DNA of 47,626 nucleotides, taken from positions 1 through 47,626 of the forward strand of contig CAXUUL010000045.1 of NCBI GenBank assembly GCA_964255285.1. The letters run 5' to 3'. Below, piece after piece: positions 24,701 through 34,251 of the stretch (position 1 is the stretch's first letter; the number at the start of each line of letters is the position of its first letter). This DNA is from Ionaspis alba (Eukaryota). A model generated the notes under the pieces. It ran no database searches, was not told the DNA's origin, and saw only the letters and a program-made list of their open reading frames with translations. A program made the position numbers and the translations under genes.

Positions 24701-25030
24701 TTGAACGAAGCACAACTCATCGCTTGCGAAACGCCTGGAGAAGTCTACTCTTACCTTGGTGGGGAGATTACGAATCATGCCATCAGCATCGACGGACTGA
24801 TTAGAGCAAGCGAGGGATTGAAAGGTCTTGTAAAGAGAGGGGATGTAGAAGAACGAAGGGCAAAATGGGTAGCCATAGAACGTGAGACCGTTTTGGAGAG
24901 GGAAAAGATTAGGAAAAGTAGTCAGATATTGCGGAGCAGGCGAGGCAAGTCGCCGGGGACGGAAGCGGAGACAGATTCCGAGGATGACGGTCATCTCCAG
25001 GCGCAATCACCAATGCCCATTATGGAATGA
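21737..25030 (+). CDS. TBC-domain Rab GTPase-activating protein
   Basis: Uninterrupted 1097-aa ORF. TBC motifs: GIPVAHRAKIW, QIQMDINRT (Arg finger), GYCQGMN (Gln finger), FQWFLSLF and LYRVWD. Also DRFGF and an N-terminal coiled coil. Confidence 0.93.
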   Translation: MDNHNDGDLQRTSSHTSTKSNRSHRSLNVRAKSRKHSSAVSTAQTTPTTAHTEKSLTSFPSLSPENSPVATSDGKPHSKIRTMSDTQTPRKSAKNKPSIVDSLTTNSPSFRGRSALFNDSPTSPDQHVPGALNHASDEHIRRLVSRTGVVALVRQMAEDLAQRDAEMTNIRLRAEARERELKRMLREVEVSNLDIERRLHHIDNPTEVHTKGVGNRLGQVVKEGSKDEHAETSNGIHEMVGEAMDDKLTQGNSEEVIEDYKDALARHERQSTIKATGIANPDGDGVSTSSSSGFPNMSKLTTKGWKDYLWSGTGTSRKTSQASSTLTDQDGGAESFTRSRTASGATSKRKGLNADLFQPPKTLLHTKNGDALQAVGDQMDRSSARSRGSSMTSWTVKLFAGNPQAGREADGENSVRDRSVTSGSGKPSRKGSMASMQTSTSARASLLKISGMTLANQPIRKTFQPLGLGPNGTVKGSSQSSHSVPPGSPASIDTGHNLGPVEMDTILPYDSKPPTLTPYQNNLDASAEFLTDRFGFIYDNRRRKKEAEATSRTGNGVSNKEMLSNARDMSDTDARSDQNSVRPDTPASTDHRSEEKPTKKWQDYLKIATFPTELLSHTPSSSTVLTLANSEIKKSLKRSPTFGDTDEVAPVSSPNPQPSASSITAGKAEISKPSMSTSASPLIPMHADVEPVKLLLAQLTELHDSLQRDKTVKWNEFLRKVRAERRKEDESAAASDTRSQKADTPEVNIADGEIIGIATLGNKGRIGRAKYKEFKSLVLAGIPVAHRAKIWAECSGASALRVPSYYEDLVKNGVDDPIILAQIQMDINRTLTDNVFFRKGPGVAKLNEILLAYSRRNPEVGYCQGMNLITASLLLIMPTAEDAFWVLVSMIENILPRHYYDNSLLTSRADQQVLRQYVAELLPRLSAHLDALGIELEALTFQWFLSLFTDCLSAEALYRVWDVLLCCKDEDGNGGSTFLFQVALALLKLNEAQLIACETPGEVYSYLGGEITNHAISIDGLIRASEGLKGLVKRGDVEERRAKWVAIERETVLEREKIRKSSQILRSRRGKSPGTEAETDSEDDGHLQAQSPMPIME

Positions 25031-26458
25031 GCTTTATTGTTTTTTGGCGTTGCCAGATTGATAGGGACTGGCGTTGTTGATTCCGCGGAATTTGTCTTCT
25101 ATTGTCTATGATACCCTTCATATGTTCGGATTTTAGACTGATCCAGCAGTTTGCTCGAAAACTCGCGATTACCAATCTCTGGTATAGCCTATTAAGAATT
25201 CACCAATCAGAATTTACGCACCGACCCGTGTTTCGTCGCTCTTGGCTATAAACCATCAAGGTCGCACGCCTTGCGCCGTGAATCGCTCGGGAATTGCCAA
25301 AGTGAAATTTAAGATCGTAAGCGGGCTATGGTTCAAGTCTTTGAGGAAACACATGAGATTTTCATTCAGACTGTGCTACAAGGACATGTATATAAAGGCA
25401 CTTTCCCGTCCCCTTTCCTTTCTTTCACTAATGTCCTCGCCATCTATTCACCAGCTACTCTGTCATCTCATCTGCCATTTCATCTGCTATCTCCTCCGCA
25501 ATCTATTTTCCCCTTAATCTCTTGCTACCAACCCCTTTACTCATATCTTATCCACAGCAACTCACCCCGCAGCATTTACACTGCTATATGCTCGCAATTT
25601 ACCAGATCATGTCTTGTCATCTACCCGATTGCTATAACCTCTTGCTTCAAACTGACCCATAGCCACTAAACACCCAGCAATCTACTCGCCATCTATCCCA
25701 CCATTTACAGCTATATTTTGCCATCTACATAATGGTTGCTCACCTATACTGCTTTACCACTAATCCACAGCACTAACTATTTACTGCACCCCTTTCTTGT
25801 TCTCCTCCCCTTCTCCTTGCATTCTTTTCCCTGTGAAATTCCGACCTCTTCCCCTTCTCAGACCTCGTGCTTTTCGTTCACTCAAACTGAAACTCTTTAC
25901 TGACTAATTCTTATAGACTCCGGCAACACCACAATACTCCCTTAACGGTCCAGCAGGAGGGCCTTTCTCTTTTCGTAAGTTAAGACTACTCTTGACATTC
26001 TGATCGGTGCTAACAGCCTGCTATTGGCAGAATTTTGTATGCTCCGTAGGGAGAAGAATACGGAAGGCGCCGAGCGAGTTCGTCCCGGGGCGACAATCTC
26101 TGCGGTGAGGCCTCGAGCTTCAGTTGGATTGGGAACTTTGCTCTCAATCGCATCGTCGTTCATGAGACAATGATCAACCTTTGTGGTAACTTGGGTCGAT
26201 CTCCCAAGGGAAGTCTTCTTGGGGAAAGGCCGAGACAACAGTTTTGTGGAACTGTCCCTAAGAAACTTTAAATTACAGCCTAGCCTGATTGACACTAGAG
26301 TCTTTACGAATACATTACAGCTGCAAATCTAATATTTCTTTCCTTGGGAGTGTTCCTGTTCTGTGATCCACCCGGTAATACCCAAATGCTTCTATTATGA
26401 GACAGGGAATTATCATTATTAGCGGTCCCTGAGGGATGGAGCTTAGGGCATTATGCTG

Positions 26459-26511
26459 CGCGTGAAGCCCACAGTGGCTGCGAGTCGCGTCGCGTCGCTC
26501 GCCTCCCGCGT
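26459..26511. promoter_or_regulatory. Cluster of four ACGCG/CGCGT (MCB-like) elements upstream of the 26798 gene
   Basis: CGCGT occurs at 26459, 26486, 26491 and 26507, about 290-340 bp upstream of the ATG. ACGCG is the core bound by fungal MBF (Mbp1/Swi6, Res/Cdc10). Confidence 0.5.
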
Positions 26512-26797
26512 TCCCGGTTGACAATCCCCTAGGTTAGGTGAGTTTCCGGTAGCCTTCACGCTAAAAACAAACAAAACCGGCCCGAGTGACGCCTGATCGT
26601 CATCCTGCACACCACCTTCATCCCACCATCAGCCACACTCTGGCAACACAACACCGCGCATAGTACTTGCCCTGCATGCGACAATCACTTTCGTCTGCTT
26701 ACTCCCACAACTCTATGTCTCCTAGGCTTGACCCATCCTTGATACCATCTCACTAGTCCTCGCTGTTGCAGCAAGACCTCACCTCACCTTGTCAATC

Positions 26798-29700
26798 ATG
26801 GGTGAGGTCTGGCTGCAGCAGTCCGTCCGCCCCCGGGGCATCGGACCACTCGTTGACTACGATCCCCTCGAATTTGAAGGGGAAGACGTTCTTTGCCCTG
26901 GCGAAAGTGAAAACGACACTCCCGAAGTTCGTCTCGTCAAGAAGTTGCGCCGGGAAGATATCGCCAGGGAATACCTGAAACAACATGCCCGAACGAACAT
27001 CACGTTTCGTTTGCGAGGGCCTTTCAATGAAGGCTGGCACAATCCTTGGAGTGAGCCGGGAAAACTCATTACGACTGAAGAAGCTCGTGTGATCCTTGCT
27101 CAGCGTGGAATCAACTACGTTGAACAGGTCGCAGGAATTCGTGCTTCGTCTCCCATCGATCTCACCAGTGAAGCAGGAGACCCAGACAGCGAAGCGGCTC
27201 GTCCTCCTAAACAGACCGCTTCTGAAACAGTTTCCAACCAGAAAAGCGCAGACAGACCTCGCATCACTTCGAATCTACACACAGTGAAGCGTCAAACCAA
27301 TGACAATGGTCAGACCTCTCCAACGCCGAGGAACCTACCCCAAACACGACGTATTGTCGCAAAGAAAGACTCGATCCACCATAATGGGCTCATACCACTA
27401 CCCAAGCCATCTGTCGGCCCTCGAATGTCTGTATTTGGCAGCAAGGCTTCGAGGGTTCCGAACATCACTTACTTGCCCATATATCGTAACACTGTCTCAT
27501 CCGATCACTCCACGGATGAGAATGGCCGTGACCCTGCTTCGCGAACTTCGGTGTCGCCAGAGCTGAAGCCTTTAAGTCGAAGACCCGCACTTCAACGAGA
27601 CAAAGCGGCACACCTACAAGATCCTGCAACGGGTGCAGAACTTCGAATAGAAAAAGAGCTACTACAAAGTCGTGTCTCCAGCATCAAGGGTGAGTTGAAG
27701 CTGGTGAACAAGGCTTCCAAGGAGGCCCGGACCTTGGAAATCGAGAAAAATGTGCTGCAAAGGCGCATCTCAGCTATTCAGGACGAGATTGATGCTAAGC
27801 AGCCTCAAGTAACCACTTCAAACACTACTGAGAAGGGAAAGCGCGCCCGTCCAGACTCACTGATTCCTCCCGTAGTGCCAGTTGGACCGGATGTGAAGAG
27901 AGCAAAAACATTCGAGAATACTGGCGCTGACACAAACGATGCACAAAAATCGAGTATGGCTCCAAGGCTCCAACAGCAGCTGCATTTGAGTAGCCAGGAC
28001 TCCCCTTCGGATTCGAAAGTTCAAATAACATATGCTCAAAACGAACACACCGGGCAGCGTCCCGAACAGGCTCGTTCCCAAACAAACAGTGACTTACTGC
28101 CATCGAGTCCTACATCGAGCGGGGCAACAAGCAAAGATACAGCTACACCGGGTGGCACATCCAAGGCAGAGCGGAAACGACTGAAACGTCAAAGGTGGAA
28201 GGAACGTAAAGCTCTGGAACACCAACGATGGCTGGCGACCAAAGTTCCACCCTCGGTAGCATCGAACAAACCAGCTGCTAGGTCCGAGAAGTTAGAGAAC
28301 AACAAAGCTTCAGGGTCCGATTCTGCTGCATCCTTTCAGCGAAAGCGCAAGAAGAGAGTTTCGTTCTCGGACGGAAAGGATATCACTAGTCTAGGTAATC
28401 ATCTACCACCGAAACCGTTTCTTCCTCCAAACGACAGGACCTTGAATAGAGAGGTGACGAACGATCCTCTTCATCCGTCCTTGACTGACAAACTCCACAA
28501 CAACACGAAGCGACAAAGAAGAGAGCCGACGCCCAACAGCGTCATAAGTCTAGGCGCAGGGATCTCACAGATGGACAAGAATCCCTCAGTAGATGAGCTG
28601 GGTTGTGATTCAAAGCCGAAGGTATCGATCTTCAACAATGTGATACAAGCTAGCGCCATCTCAGCAGCTGTTCCACCCAACGAAAGCACCCACAGACTGC
28701 ACGACGCGCAAACATTGAAGAAGGAGCCTGCAGAAGGAGCGACGATCAGCCAGCAGGCTTTGCTCCTACCTTCTGGTTCGCAACCTGGCCCAGCTGCTCC
28801 AAATGTCGGCCTCGAAACGAAGCTTAGGCAAGAGTCTGCGAGAGCTTCATCGGAGAATTGGTGTGTATTAGAAAGCTCTTCTGGGAGTCGTGATAGTCAG
28901 AACTCGGATGTGATGATGAGCGAGGCACTACCATTCCCGACAGCCAATCGAGATCTGTTCGAAGCAGCTAGACGACCATCTATTGATTCCATAAATACTG
29001 CTTGGCACAAGGATCATGCGAAGCTTTTCATGGACGATTCCGTTCCACCAAAGCCAGAGCCGACTACTAGACAATTCAAACAACCCAGGAACGTCAGTCA
29101 TGGGAGGAAGCCAGCAGTGGGAAAGGCGACAGATGATCCTTCATATCGTGTAAAGGTCTGTGCCAAGGAAGCTTCAACGACCGATCGCACTCGCAATCTA
29201 AGATCAAATCCTGCTTGCGCTTCACGAGATCAGAGCTCTAACATAATCAAAGAGAGGCGGACTCCAAGTCACGATAAACAGAGCCCAGATACTTTGCAGG
29301 GTAAAGCCACAAATGCAAGGGGGCAGCCGTCTGAAGGCACAGCAGGCAAGCCGAATACGAGGCAACAAATATTCGAAAGTCACAAGGGATTGGCACACAA
29401 ATCAATTTTTAGATCGCCTCACGTTGTTCCAGCTTCTACCAATAACTCAGAATTTCCAAACTCGAAAAATATCCCAGTCGATACCATCGCCTCTCGGGCT
29501 AAAGCCCGGTTGAACGAGAACGCTGCCAACGGTTGTCGCCTTAACGGCGATTGCGACCACACCAAGTGTGGAATCGAAGTTCAAATTCCGCTACGAAGTT
29601 CCCAAGCGAGTTCAGTATCTCCTAGTATTTCTCAAGCAAACGTGATCATATCCTCGAAGTCTCAGAAGAGTTCAGAATTGTCACCAACAAATTCCCAACC

Positions 29701-30859
29701 TGCTCCCACTTGTACAACCGGTATTGTGGAAGGCGGTCAACGATCTCAGAGTACGAACAGTGTCTTTCCTGAAGCTCAAGTCGTCTCAAACCGTGCTGAA
29801 CATGTTCCTTCTGGACCGTCGACAGACCTTCTGGAGACTGACAAGCAATCACTGAAGTTCCCAAGCACGGCTGAGACGGACACGCAGAACAAGCTCTCGA
29901 CTCCAGTGGAAGCGGCTGCAGCCAGACGCGCCTTCAGAAACCGTCTCATGGAAATGACACGCAAGGATTCTTCGAACACACCATCGGCTCACGTAGCTCA
30001 ATTTCAAGGCAATATGGAGTTAGCGTCGCAAGCTGGCAATTCTCCAACTACACCAGCACCAGCTTCCGCTGCCCTTGGTACTGCGCCTACTGGCGGTCTG
30101 GCAGAGGCCGAAGAGCCAACGAATACACAGGCTATGGTAGATGCCATGTCGCCTTTTGCTGTCAGCACAGTCAAGAAGCAGGGTGGCTTTTTCAGCACGA
30201 TCGCTCGACCGGCTGCCCATTTACTTGGATACTTACGAGGAAGTCAACTTCAAGAGCAGGAGGTAGGCCAAGCCGATCCTGAGGTAACGGTGGCTGTAAA
30301 AAGAGAACGCAACAATGAGGATGACCTGCATGTAGAACCCGCCTTTGACAATCCTGGTCTAGGCATGGAAACAAGCGACGATGACGACGAAGAGGAGTAC
30401 CAGCTATCTCAGAGAAGGCAATTTCCCAAGAAACGCAAGTCGGGCAGATACGACGACGCCATCGAAATCGACGACGAATCCGACTTCGAGACCACGCAAA
30501 GGCTCTTAGCAGCAAGACACGAAATCCGCGACGAGTTTGGTCGTTGGACTAAGCCAGATAGCCTCGTTAAGCCGACACCTAGCCGCATGAATCTTCGCTC
30601 CTTCTCGTCATCGCAGAGTGGACAACCTCAAGCAGGACAAGAGAGCCAGGGCGATACAGGTTTGAAAGCCGCTATCGATGACGCTGGCAGCTTTCTTGGA
30701 TCTTGGGAAGTGAGTCAGGAGGCCAGGAAAGCGAGGAGGAATACGATGGATGACGACAAGGTTTCGAGCCAGAAAGCTTTTCAGGAGGCGGCGGCAAAGA
30801 TCTCAATTGGAGACGTGAGAGGGGCGAAGATGGCTCGAGCCAAGGCTGGGTCTTCTTGA
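26798..30859 (+). CDS. Large, mostly disordered conserved hypothetical protein, 1353 aa; resembles the Pezizomycotina family often mislabelled 'protamine P1'
   Basis: Uninterrupted ORF. Short N-terminal block (EDVLCPGE...RREDIAREYL...RLRGPFNEGWHNPW) and C-terminal NTQAMVDAMSPFAVSTVKK, with S/P/K-rich sequence between. The family resemblance is from memory and was not searched. Confidence 0.8.
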   Translation: MGEVWLQQSVRPRGIGPLVDYDPLEFEGEDVLCPGESENDTPEVRLVKKLRREDIAREYLKQHARTNITFRLRGPFNEGWHNPWSEPGKLITTEEARVILAQRGINYVEQVAGIRASSPIDLTSEAGDPDSEAARPPKQTASETVSNQKSADRPRITSNLHTVKRQTNDNGQTSPTPRNLPQTRRIVAKKDSIHHNGLIPLPKPSVGPRMSVFGSKASRVPNITYLPIYRNTVSSDHSTDENGRDPASRTSVSPELKPLSRRPALQRDKAAHLQDPATGAELRIEKELLQSRVSSIKGELKLVNKASKEARTLEIEKNVLQRRISAIQDEIDAKQPQVTTSNTTEKGKRARPDSLIPPVVPVGPDVKRAKTFENTGADTNDAQKSSMAPRLQQQLHLSSQDSPSDSKVQITYAQNEHTGQRPEQARSQTNSDLLPSSPTSSGATSKDTATPGGTSKAERKRLKRQRWKERKALEHQRWLATKVPPSVASNKPAARSEKLENNKASGSDSAASFQRKRKKRVSFSDGKDITSLGNHLPPKPFLPPNDRTLNREVTNDPLHPSLTDKLHNNTKRQRREPTPNSVISLGAGISQMDKNPSVDELGCDSKPKVSIFNNVIQASAISAAVPPNESTHRLHDAQTLKKEPAEGATISQQALLLPSGSQPGPAAPNVGLETKLRQESARASSENWCVLESSSGSRDSQNSDVMMSEALPFPTANRDLFEAARRPSIDSINTAWHKDHAKLFMDDSVPPKPEPTTRQFKQPRNVSHGRKPAVGKATDDPSYRVKVCAKEASTTDRTRNLRSNPACASRDQSSNIIKERRTPSHDKQSPDTLQGKATNARGQPSEGTAGKPNTRQQIFESHKGLAHKSIFRSPHVVPASTNNSEFPNSKNIPVDTIASRAKARLNENAANGCRLNGDCDHTKCGIEVQIPLRSSQASSVSPSISQANVIISSKSQKSSELSPTNSQPAPTCTTGIVEGGQRSQSTNSVFPEAQVVSNRAEHVPSGPSTDLLETDKQSLKFPSTAETDTQNKLSTPVEAAAARRAFRNRLMEMTRKDSSNTPSAHVAQFQGNMELASQAGNSPTTPAPASAALGTAPTGGLAEAEEPTNTQAMVDAMSPFAVSTVKKQGGFFSTIARPAAHLLGYLRGSQLQEQEVGQADPEVTVAVKRERNNEDDLHVEPAFDNPGLGMETSDDDDEEEYQLSQRRQFPKKRKSGRYDDAIEIDDESDFETTQRLLAARHEIRDEFGRWTKPDSLVKPTPSRMNLRSFSSSQSGQPQAGQESQGDTGLKAAIDDAGSFLGSWEVSQEARKARRNTMDDDKVSSQKAFQEAAAKISIGDVRGAKMARAKAGSS

Positions 30860-32431
30860 AGATTTATATGTTTGATGAGTGGGGAAGGACGATCTTATCA
30901 TGTTGCTGTTCGCTAGACCAAGATGAGACGAAAGGATATTGAGGGACTTTTACTGATGATGACTAGGGAGAGTAAGATGATGATAGGGGTTTCGTGTGGA
31001 ACTTCGACAAACGCATGTGTCAATCTCCTGGGGAAGAACAATGGCAATTTCATGGCGAATGGAGCTTAGCTTGGTTTTCTTGTGGCTTCACGGAATAGCG
31101 CTATATACCCCCTTTGCAGTCATTTGGTTTACGGGCTTCGTTTAGGTAGCCGCAGTAGAACGCTCAGAAGCGACGAGCTCGTACAGCGAGGCTTCTACAG
31201 CAATACAATGATAAACACTGAAGATTGTCCCGTCTGCTATGGTTGAGTAAGGGGTTTAGCGATTTGCACATACAAACATTCCTCAAATCCTTCACTTCCT
31301 TCTCGTCAACCCAGTGCTTCACTCGAACTTCACATCACAATCAATCAGAACAGGCTCAAGCCTCCAGTATCCAATATAGATCTTGTCTGCGACCTCAGCC
31401 GTTGCAAACAGTTATATTCCTTTGCAAGGATCCCCCGATGCGAAAGAATCCAGATTGTACCATGGCACTTGGCTAAACCATCACAATCGACCATGAGCTC
31501 GACTGACTGACTGCCACGGAATGGCGTCCCACGACCCTAGTCTGATATGACTGTATACTCGTCGACCTTGTTCCTCTCCATACGCTCATTACCATAACAT
31601 TAGAGACGGTGATCACTAGCTTAGCCCTCAATAGCGTTGCAGACCTAGGTGGCCTCTTCTGTTCTCTCATAAGGAAAATGAGTGCCGATATCGTAAAGTC
31701 TCTATTCACAGCGGCAACAGCAGCAGCAGGAATAGTAAGCGCTGGTACTATGGCTCCCTTTGTTCGTTATCCAAGCCCCTCAATAGGTAACCTTCAACTC
31801 ATTACAGGTAGCAACGTCTGGACTCGTTCGTACTCCCGATGGAATTGCCCACCACGTTCGCACCAAGCGATATCGCAAGTCATAGCGAAGGGGAATTTGG
31901 GAGAAAAGGAAATGGGAATAAAGCTGACGACGGGTTGCCGTACGATTAACGAAGAGTATGAAAGCAATACAAAGCTAATCATGGTTGAGGTGAGTGGTCG
32001 ACTTGGAGGGGATGGCAGAGCCTGATTTCAATTCGCCACAGGAGAGCGAGTAAGGAAGAACTGAGTGTGAGGCTGTTGGAATGCATTGTGATACAGCAAT
32101 TGAACAAAGCAAGCTATGAAGGAGGGGAACATGGTATATGACGGAGGTAATAAGTTGGAGGACAGCCAAAATGTAGAAGAGATGCATTGAATCGAGGAGT
32201 ACACTCAGAAGATGTATGAAGTCGTCGAAGAGTTGGAAGTAGATACGCCATTTTCTAGATGGAATAACCCATAGATGCTGCGACTTCCCAGGGGCGCGTA
32301 GTGTTGAATACGTCTTGGTCACGCGCACGGTAGTGCAATAGTAATGATGAATCGAAGAAAATGGACTTATTGGACGGCATTCTTGCATTAATAGGCCGAA
32401 CATAGAAGCTTGATCCTCAAGACCTATCTAT

Positions 32432-34251
32432 TTATGGTTCCATTGGAAGCAAGCTTGGGTCGATCTTCTTATATCTTATTTCCCAGCTGACTTTACCCTT
32501 CCAGTCCGGCCGGACAATGTCCAAGGAGGGTAAGGCGAGTATCGGACCCTCTGACGATCCAGCTTGAGCACCATCCTCTGAAAGTGCTATAACGGGTAAA
32601 GTCCACCTTACGTCTCCGGGAGCAATGTCGTGAATTAGTCGTCTGAGCCTGCCTCTGTGCCCGGCAGTGAGGACAGCCAAGAACGGGGTCAGTTCTCCCT
32701 TGCGTAGAGGGCGAACACAGAGAGTATTATCGGTATTGTTGTAGACACGAACCCAGTACCGACCATCCCAGAGATGGAATGGTGGTTCCCCTTCCTTGGA
32801 AGCTGATGTCACTGCTAAAGCTGGATTACAAGGGTCGATCGTGATGATTGGACGAGGTTCTGAGGAGTTGTATGGCTGTCTGGCAAGTATCCACAAGCCG
32901 GTTTCATTAGACTTCGAAGTGTCCGCCTGCGTTCTGGCTCGCCGTAACTGTGCTGGCTGAAAGATGACATGACCTGCTGTGAAAGGTGAAGCTGGACGAC
33001 CATTGTGAGCTGAGAAAATTTGTCCAATCGCCTTCAAAATGTTGCTCAAGGGGACCTTGTCCAAGGGAGAGACCATCTCAGCGAGGCGGCGTAGAAACAG
33101 GCCGATTGCGGAGATCTCTCTAGGATTCTGAGCTAACACTGAGCCCGAATCTTCCCCGGTCAATCTGCTTGGTATGTGAAGGCGCAATATGCTAGAGCGA
33201 GTGTCGAGGGACACCGTGCACTGCTCATGGAGATGGCGTGCCCTGAATTGCCATTTCTCAACCTGTTCGACGGAACATTGCGTCAATTGCAGTAACGAGG
33301 GCTTCTGAAGAGCTTTCGGGAGATCTCCCGAGGAAAGAAGCTTGCGAGCAGCATTGCGGGGTGTAAGAGTTGGGTCGAAGTTCGTCTGGTCCTCGACCCA
33401 GACGATACCGGTAGAGCGACACGTGGCCCTTAACCTCTCCTTCGAGAATGATAGCAATGGTCGATGTATGGTTATACCGCCCGCCTCTTGCCGCACTGTA
33501 GGAAAAACAAAACCACGGTTATTGTCGTTCCTCTGATAGGCAGCAGGCTCTTGTCTGCTCTGCAAGGACCCCCCACTCCTATGGACTCCGTACATACCCC
33601 AGCATTCCGGAATATCCCCAACTAGGTGTATGCCCCGAAGACCTACGTGCCCATGTCCATGTGCAAGTCTTGTGAGGATTGTTTCGGCTTGATCGTCCTC
33701 ATGATGAGCCAAGAACAAATGATGTATGCCTTGATGGTGACATGCTCTACCAAGGGCTTTGTATCGAAGCCTGCGCGCCTCGGACTCGAAATTCCTAAAT
33801 TCCGAAGGTCGAACCCCGAACGGCCACTCCAGAGTGAGAATAGTAGGCTTCACATCTGTGAGCAATGAGCAGTTGGTCATGGCAAAGGGTTATCGATACA
33901 TGTACTTAGGAGTGATTGTAGCCTCTTCGAAACCAGCTTTGCCTCCTCACTGCTGCCGTCTCTTAACTTGTGATCAACGATGAAAGCTGCGTAATGGAGG
34001 TTATATTGAGATTGACTAAGTCGTGGCCATTGTGTAAGTTGACTGCTCAGGGAGGCAAGTGCCATTGAGTCGACGCCACCGCTGAGCGCAAGGCCTTGAG
34101 GAGCTCTTAGTCTACACGTTCAATGATATGGTTTGCAAGTCATACCGAGCTTCTTGATCTTGCCATCGTCATGAGGCTGCCAGACTTTCCGCAACGCATG
34201 GTAGTATTCTGGGATTGAAATAGCAAGATTTGCAGTACTCTTGAGCAGCAT
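32432..34251 (-). CDS. tilS: tRNA(Ile)-lysidine synthase-like PP-loop ATPase, probably mitochondrial; 3 exons
   Basis: Introns 34145-34095 and 33905-33856. Motifs: GLALSGGVDSMALA, IVDHKLR..S.EEA, ESEARRLRY, LAHHEDDQAETIL, RPLL, WVEDQTN and RNAAR. Confidence 0.9.

Noticed and set aside
25942..26295. 117-aa minus-strand ORF
   Set aside because: GTG start and no recognisable homology; the splice signals in this interval point to the + strand.
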